Shown here: piece by piece, positions 47,353 to 53,041 of the stretch
How the letters are laid out: the number at the start of each line of letters is the position of its first letter
Numbering within the stretch: position 1 is the first letter of the stretch
NCBI GenBank assembly: GCA_002427165.1
Contig: DIQB01000129.1
Span: forward strand, 1-53,041
From: Firmicutes bacterium UBA5473
Lineage (GTDB): Bacteria > Bacillota > DTU084
Length of the DNA stretch: 53,041 bases
Direction: 5' to 3'
The notes under the pieces: model-generated
Seen by the model: only the letters and a program-made list of their open reading frames with translations
Told to the model about the DNA's origin: nothing
Database searches by the model: none
Made by a program: the position numbers and the translations under genes

Positions 47353-48711
47353 ATGAATGGTCAAAGCAGCACCAAGATTCTTTACCAACTACGAACAGGC
47401 TTCGTCTTCCTAATTGTGCTAGTGGTTGGCCTGGGGATTTTAGCTACCACTAAAATTCGAGGTATTAGCCACAGCGTTCATGAGGTTAAAGAAAACTATA
47501 TTGTGATCGCTGAAATCGGCTCACTAATCGATGAGAACGTTTATGAATCTACGCAAGCTCTACAGCGCTATTTTGATACAGGTGTGGGCCTAGAAGAAGC
47601 AAAGCAAGCTGCAGGTGTAATTGATCGGATTTTAATTGGAGATCAACTACAAACAACATTGGGTAGGCTGCACGAACCTGAACTTGGAACGTCAATGAAG
47701 ATGCTGCAGCAGGCAACCCGCAGTTATGTTGAAAACATCACAATCCTTGAGCAGGAGGAAAATGTTTCTCATACCAGGCTGGATCGGTTAATGTTTCTGG
47801 AATCGAAAGTAGTGACTTTAGCAGGAATCGTAAAGAACCAAGCTTGGGAGCGGGCTAGCGCCAAGGTACAAGCAGCGGATCAACTTTCCCAAGATGCGGT
47901 ACTGATAATTTTAATTAGCGCACTAGTTGTTGCTGTGGCAGGGCTTGCTGTTGAGGGAGCCTCTTTTGTTTTGGTACGTGATTTTGCCTCGCAGCAAGAT
48001 GCATTATTAGAGCATTATCAGAAGGAAGCAGAGTTAGAGAGAAATCTTCGCGAAGCAGAGGTGAGAATTTTGCATTCGCAGATCAACCCCCACTTTCTGT
48101 TCAATACCCTCAATGTAATTTCAGCTATTGCTTTTGCTGAAGGGACAAAACGAATAACTAAAATTGTGAAAGCATTAGCAGACCTTCTCCGCTACGGCTT
48201 GAAATTTGCCGGTAAACTTGTGCCTCTCTCTGAAGAAATTGATGTAGTTGAGAAATATTTGCTCATCCAAAAAGAGCGTTTTGGGAAGCGCCTACGCTAT
48301 AGCATCCAGATCGAACCTGGGTTTACTGATTTAGAGCTTCCTGCTATGACCCTCCAGCCGTTGGTGGAAAATGCCTTAATTCATGGAATTGAGCCCCAGG
48401 GAAAAGGAGGTATTGTGAGGGTTGTGGCCTACGGGCAGGCCGGAGATGTGGTAATAGAAGTCACAGATAGTGGAAAGGGGGCAGAACCTGGTGCATTGGA
48501 GGATATTCTAGAGGGGAAAAAGGAAACGAATCATCTTGGTGTTGAGCTAGTTTACAGGCGGCTGCAGCATTTTTTTGGCAATAGGATACAAATGAGAGTT
48601 TTTACAAATCCCGGCAGAGGTTTCCGTGTGCAGATCAGAATCATGCCCATAAATAGTCGCCAGGAACAATTACAAGACCCATTTATGGTCCTTCCTATTT
48701 CTGAAGTATAG
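47353..48711 (+). CDS. Sensor histidine kinase of the YesM/LytS (His_kinase PF06580) type
   Basis: Two TM segments flank an extracellular region. LHSQINPHFLFNTLNVI is the H-box. LVENALIHG and DSGKG form the ATPase part. ATG at 47353 follows GGAGGG. Confidence 0.85.
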   Translation: MNGQSSTKILYQLRTGFVFLIVLVVGLGILATTKIRGISHSVHEVKENYIVIAEIGSLIDENVYESTQALQRYFDTGVGLEEAKQAAGVIDRILIGDQLQTTLGRLHEPELGTSMKMLQQATRSYVENITILEQEENVSHTRLDRLMFLESKVVTLAGIVKNQAWERASAKVQAADQLSQDAVLIILISALVVAVAGLAVEGASFVLVRDFASQQDALLEHYQKEAELERNLREAEVRILHSQINPHFLFNTLNVISAIAFAEGTKRITKIVKALADLLRYGLKFAGKLVPLSEEIDVVEKYLLIQKERFGKRLRYSIQIEPGFTDLELPAMTLQPLVENALIHGIEPQGKGGIVRVVAYGQAGDVVIEVTDSGKGAEPGALEDILEGKKETNHLGVELVYRRLQHFFGNRIQMRVFTNPGRGFRVQIRIMPINSRQEQLQDPFMVLPISEV

Positions 48712-48867
48712 GCACCTTTGATGTTAAGATAAATATATGTTTTTGTTAAAACAGTTAACCAATAAAACCATTTTAAAAGGAATAGAAAGATATTCCAAAG
48801 GTTTTCCCACATGAAAAGGAGAATTTTTTAATTGTGGTAACTATAAAGTTAAAAAAGAGGGTTGCCA

Positions 48868-50469
48868 ATGTATAAGTTACTCATTGTGGATGATGAAGAG
48901 CTAGATCGCAAGCTAGTCAGGCTTATGCTCGAAGGCGAGACCCAATTTGAGATTGTAGGTGAGGCAGAAGACGGGCTAGCTGCAATCAAGCTAGCACAAA
49001 AACTTGAGCCGGATATTATTTTGATGGATATCCGCATGCCCGATAAAAATGGCTTAGACGCAGCAAAAGAGATTAAAGCTTTTTTGGGAAAAGTAAAAAT
49101 AATTATGCTCACCGCCTATGATGATTTTCATTACGCGAGAGAAGCTATTTCGGGGAAGGCATCAGCATACTTGCTCAAACCCATCGATCAAGAAGAGCTA
49201 TTTGAGACACTTTCGCGTACAGCCCGAGAGTTGGAAGAAGAAAATATAGAAAAGCAAAAACAGGCGCAAGTGAAAGCGGAATTTGATGCCAATATCGATG
49301 TTATCCGTACAAGGTTTTTCAATGATCTGCTCGAGGGTAGCTGGAAAGACCATGGGATTTATGAGGATTTAGAGGAACGGCTGGCTCTCTTACAATTAGT
49401 CGTGCTCCCTAACGTGGTTGTAGTTTTCAAACTTGAAGAAGGATTAAATCGGCAAGGGAAAGCACCCTATGTTTTTTATGAATTACTAAGACACGAAATA
49501 TTTATCCATCTTAAAAACACCTTAAAAGAATATTTCTGGAACTCATTTTTGCTTTCCGACTCCTTCCGCTCTAACTATATTTTAGCGGCTGTCCCTGAAA
49601 ATAATGAAATTCAAAAAAAAGAACTCTTGCAGCTATTGTCCGATTGGCAGAGAAAAATACAGGAAGCATATTCAATCCCCATTGCTATCGGGATTGGCAG
49701 AACCTATGAGCGGATCTTTGAAATTGCCAAATCGTATGAAGAGGCGATGATCGCCATTAGCTCTAATATGGGAGAGGGTTCGCTAATTTGTTACGATGAC
49801 TTGGGTGAGGAAGGGAATATGACCTCCTATCCAAGCTATCTTGAAGAACAGCTGTTATTGGCGATTCGTACTGGCAACCTGAATGAATCCATGAAGCTTG
49901 TTGAGCACTTTTTATCTTTTTTTATCGATAAAGTTGATTTGGAAATGGGGAAACTGCTGGTGTCCGAAACCTTATTGAAAGCGATGAGAGTGGTCACAGT
50001 ATCCGGGGCAGCAGAGCTCAAAGCAATTGAAGATCAACTTGAGATAACAAAACAGCTGGTGGCTATGGATAACTGGGTTGAGCTGTCTTCATGGCTTAGG
50101 CATAAGATTCAAAATTTGGTTGAGCTTGTAGTTGCAGCAAAAGGAAGTAGAAAATATAAGCTTGTACAGAGGTCAGAGGAGTATCTGAAGGAGCATTATG
50201 GAAGAGATTTAAGTCTAGATGAAGTATCAAGCGATCTTCAAATCAGCTCCTGCTATTTTAGCAGTATTTTTAAAGAAGTAACAGGCAGTAGCTTCAGTGA
50301 TTATCTCCTCGATTTGCGTATTGCTAAAGCAAAGGAGCTACTTGGTAACCCTCTACTGACAATTTCTGAGGTAGGATACAAAGTTGGCTTTAACGACCCT
50401 GCATACTTCAGTCGCGTTTTCAAACGGATAGTGGGAGTTTCTCCCACCTTCTTTCGCGATGCTCAATGA
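48868..50469 (+). CDS. Response regulator with a C-terminal AraC-type HTH (YesN-like)
   Basis: YKLLIVDDEE...DIILMDIRMPDKNG receiver domain. C-terminal AraC HTH (ISEVGYKVGFNDPAYFSRVFKR). Confidence 0.9.
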   Translation: MYKLLIVDDEELDRKLVRLMLEGETQFEIVGEAEDGLAAIKLAQKLEPDIILMDIRMPDKNGLDAAKEIKAFLGKVKIIMLTAYDDFHYAREAISGKASAYLLKPIDQEELFETLSRTARELEEENIEKQKQAQVKAEFDANIDVIRTRFFNDLLEGSWKDHGIYEDLEERLALLQLVVLPNVVVVFKLEEGLNRQGKAPYVFYELLRHEIFIHLKNTLKEYFWNSFLLSDSFRSNYILAAVPENNEIQKKELLQLLSDWQRKIQEAYSIPIAIGIGRTYERIFEIAKSYEEAMIAISSNMGEGSLICYDDLGEEGNMTSYPSYLEEQLLLAIRTGNLNESMKLVEHFLSFFIDKVDLEMGKLLVSETLLKAMRVVTVSGAAELKAIEDQLEITKQLVAMDNWVELSSWLRHKIQNLVELVVAAKGSRKYKLVQRSEEYLKEHYGRDLSLDEVSSDLQISSCYFSSIFKEVTGSSFSDYLLDLRIAKAKELLGNPLLTISEVGYKVGFNDPAYFSRVFKRIVGVSPTFFRDAQ

Positions 50470-50499
50470 GAAACCCCTCAAATGTAATAAATACCGGGA

Positions 50500-51441
50500 G
50501 TGATCCTTTTGGAAAATAATAAATCCCTGGGGAAACAGATTTGGAAAAATAGATGGAACTATCTTTTTCTCGCTCCAACTATTATTTTATTTACTATGTT
50601 TACCATCTACCCTGTAATAGCCAGTTGGGTAATTTCCTTTTATAATTGGAATGGAATGGAGCCGTTAAATGACTTCGTTGGTGCTTCGAACTTCATTAAA
50701 GTTGCAACAGACCCCGGCTTTTGGAAGGCTTTTAAGAATAGTTTCATCTACATGCTAGGGGTTGTTCCTATTCAATTATCACTCTCTTTGATTGCTGCGA
50801 TTTTTCTAAATAACCCCAAACTTAAGGGAAGCACAGTTTATCGTACTTTGCTATTTCTGCCTGTGGTTACAACCACAGCTGTAGTTGGCATCATTATGGC
50901 TTTTATCTTTGGTACATATAACGGCGTTATCAATGAACTTTTACTGGCTACGCGCTTGATAAAGCAACCGGTGAATTGGCTCGGCTCTGCGAATACTGCA
51001 ATGGCTATTATTATCACCGTTGGGATCTGGAAAACTTTTGGCTATAACCTAATCTACTGGCTAGCAGGATTGCAATCAATTCCCGGTGAACTGTATGAGG
51101 CTGCAAAGGTAGACGGAGCCAGCAGCAGGCAGCAGTTCCGCTATATCACCGTTCCCCTTTTGAAGCCCATCGCAATTATAATCATATTGCTTGCAATTAT
51201 CGGGAGCTTAAATGTTTTTGATTTGGTGAAGGTAATGACAGGTGGCGGGCCCGCTTATGCTACCGATGTTGTTGCTACATATATTTATCGATATGCCTTC
51301 AGCACGGAAAAGGGCATTCCCAGACTCGGTTTTGCCAGTGCAGCAGGCGTCTTCTACGGTGTGACAACGATGTTGATTGCAATAATCCAGGGGGCTTTAA
51401 TGAAAAATGCCAATCGGGAACGTGCAGATTACCAATTATAG
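50500..51441 (+). CDS. Carbohydrate ABC transporter permease (MalF-like)
   Basis: ELYEAAKVDGASSRQQFRYITVP EAA loop and multiple TM segments. GTG start. Confidence 0.85.
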   Translation: MILLENNKSLGKQIWKNRWNYLFLAPTIILFTMFTIYPVIASWVISFYNWNGMEPLNDFVGASNFIKVATDPGFWKAFKNSFIYMLGVVPIQLSLSLIAAIFLNNPKLKGSTVYRTLLFLPVVTTTAVVGIIMAFIFGTYNGVINELLLATRLIKQPVNWLGSANTAMAIIITVGIWKTFGYNLIYWLAGLQSIPGELYEAAKVDGASSRQQFRYITVPLLKPIAIIIILLAIIGSLNVFDLVKVMTGGGPAYATDVVATYIYRYAFSTEKGIPRLGFASAAGVFYGVTTMLIAIIQGALMKNANRERADYQL

Positions 51442-51453
51442 GTGGGGAATGAG

Positions 51454-52287
51454 ATGAACAAACAGTCAAGATATTATGAGAAAATCACACACATTATTTT
51501 TACCATTATTTGTTTTGCTTGGGTTTACCCGTTTTTATGGATGGTCTTCACATCATTTAAAACTGAAGAGGAGATGTTCGCCGGCGGCTTGCGCCTTCTG
51601 CCTTCCCACTTTAACTTCGGCAATTTCATTCGTGCCTGGGAACAAGCAAATTTCAGCATTTACTTTTGGAACACAGTTATTGTTACTGTTGTGGGTGTCC
51701 TAATTACGATCTTTTTAACATCAACATCTGGCTATACACTAGGTAGATATAACTTTCCAGGAAAGAAATTCTTCATCGGAACTGTTATGGTGATGATGTT
51801 TATGCCTAAGGGATATACCATTATCCCCACTTTCGAACTGATAAGGCAGCTGGGCCTTTTAGACAGCCTTGCAGGTGTAATTTTAGCTCAGGTAGGTGGG
51901 GTTAATACCATGGGAGTTCTATTGTTTATGGGGGCTTTTTCGCAGATTCCGAAAGAATTAGAGGAGGTGGCAAAATTAGATGGAGCAAGTTACCCCAGGA
52001 TTTTCTGGCAGATAATGCTCCCCATGGTCAAGCCCATAATCGCCACAGTGAGCATTTTCCAATTTATGAGCTCATGGAATGACTTTTTTACACCGCTGGT
52101 TTTCACACTTGGCAAGCCAAATTTGAGGACACTTGGCGTAGGCATGTATTCGTTCATAGGCGAACATTCAACAGATTGGGTAGGGATGGCAGCGGCAGCT
52201 AGCATCTCCCTGATTCCCATTATCATCGTCTATATGTGTTTGCAGCGTTATTTTATTGAAGGCATTGCAGGCGCAGTTAAAGGATAA
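51454..52287 (+). CDS. Carbohydrate ABC transporter permease (MalG-like)
   Basis: ELEEVAKLDGASYPRIFWQIMLP. ATG at 51454 follows AGGTGGGG. Confidence 0.85.
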   Translation: MNKQSRYYEKITHIIFTIICFAWVYPFLWMVFTSFKTEEEMFAGGLRLLPSHFNFGNFIRAWEQANFSIYFWNTVIVTVVGVLITIFLTSTSGYTLGRYNFPGKKFFIGTVMVMMFMPKGYTIIPTFELIRQLGLLDSLAGVILAQVGGVNTMGVLLFMGAFSQIPKELEEVAKLDGASYPRIFWQIMLPMVKPIIATVSIFQFMSSWNDFFTPLVFTLGKPNLRTLGVGMYSFIGEHSTDWVGMAAAASISLIPIIIVYMCLQRYFIEGIAGAVKG

Positions 52288-52306
52288 AAGAGAGGAGAGG
52301 GTATTG

Positions 52307-53041
52307 ATGAAGAAATGGCCCTGGATAATCGGTATTTTAGTAGCTTTATTGGTAGTAGTTGTAACAACTCGCAAACCTGATAGGCAAGTAGCTACAGGAG
52401 AGCAGATAGTAGTGAAAGTCTGGGATTGGGGAGTATCACAACAGAAGATTTACGAGGAACAGTTTGCAAAGTTCATGGAGAAAAACCCTGATCTAAAAAT
52501 CGAACATCAAGTGATTCAAAGCGGACAATATGATAACCTTCTGCAGCTAGCGCACAAAAATAACAATGTTCCCGATATCTTCTGGCAACCCGGTTCCCTA
52601 AAAGTGGTAGAGCTTGTAGAAATGGGGTGGATCGAGCCCTTAACCGAGTATATCGGAAAGAACAAAGATAATTTTGCTCCCAATAGTTTCGTCTCCGGAA
52701 ACAACGTCATCGGTGGGGAAATATATACTTTCCCCGATATGGAGCCGCGCACAGGTGTCTATACCCCGCTGTATTGGAATAAAAAGTTATTCAAACAAGT
52801 GGGTCTTGAAGGCCCACCGAAGAATTGGACGGAACTTCGGGAATATGCTCGCAAAATTACGAAAGCAGGGAAAGGCAAGTTTTATGGTTTTATCTTAGGC
52901 GGAAAAGAAGATTTCTGCTGGGATATGAACATAACGGCCTTGGCCGGCGAAAATGGTGCTCCTACTGGTGGGTTAAACTACCAGCAGGGCAAATATGACT
53001 ATAATAAACCTGCTTTTATTGATGCTTATAAAATACTTAAA
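52307..53041 (+). CDS. Extracellular solute-binding protein, 3'-truncated by the window edge (not in the ORF track)
   Basis: Open frame from the ATG at 52307 (after GAGGAGAGGG) to the window end. It reads MKKWPWIIGILVALLVVVV...VVKVWDWG...NVPDIFWQPG, a family-1 SBP N-terminus. Confidence 0.75.
   Translation, partial: MKKWPWIIGILVALLVVVVTTRKPDRQVATGEQIVVKVWDWGVSQQKIYEEQFAKFMEKNPDLKIEHQVIQSGQYDNLLQLAHKNNNVPDIFWQPGSLKVVELVEMGWIEPLTEYIGKNKDNFAPNSFVSGNNVIGGEIYTFPDMEPRTGVYTPLYWNKKLFKQVGLEGPPKNWTELREYARKITKAGKGKFYGFILGGKEDFCWDMNITALAGENGAPTGGLNYQQGKYDYNKPAFIDAYKILK

Noticed and set aside
1-53041. Scan for CRISPR arrays, rRNA genes, and regularly spaced direct repeats
   Set aside because: No regularly spaced direct repeats or rRNA-like conserved stretches were seen by eye. 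The only repeats found are those listed in the features and findings.

Overview
This is a bacterial window coded almost entirely on the + strand, with a four-part mosaic structure.

(1) 1-26.6 kb is a glycan-utilisation locus. Hand counts on sampled 60-nt lines give about 38-42% GC. It holds paralogous secreted CBM-like, FN3 and Ig-like proteins, a secreted esterase and a sugar ABC importer. It also holds two NAD(P)-type oxidoreductases, two GH2 beta-mannosidase-like enzymes, three DUF4091/GH123-like enzymes with different N-terminal binding modules, and a LacI-family regulator.

(2) 26.6-31.4 kb is mobile-element debris. It contains a decayed IS1634-like element that truncates a diverged second copy of a 2Fe-2S/ASKHA (DUF4445) gene, an IS4-like transposase fragment and a possible integrase tail. 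One intact sugar-phosphate isomerase gene sits among them.

(3) About 31.4-46.9 kb is a higher-GC block (sampled lines about 50-62%). It carries an esterase and a translationally coupled three-gene module: a coiled-coil protein, a McrB-like AAA+ GTPase and a McrC-like (DUF2357/DUF524-type) PD-(D/E)xK nuclease. It also carries a ZIP metal transporter, PaaK plus an ACT protein, a glycerate kinase, a RACo-like 2Fe-2S/ASKHA protein fused in an operon to a BtuFCD-like ABC importer, and a GH130 phosphorylase.

(4) 47.3-53.0 kb holds a YesM/YesN-type two-component system and a second sugar ABC importer that runs off the window.

The coiled-coil/McrB-like/McrC-like module at 32500-36930 is my best candidate for an undescribed or poorly described defence system. 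I saw no rRNA, tRNA or CRISPR array. All family assignments come from motif recognition by eye, not from database searches.
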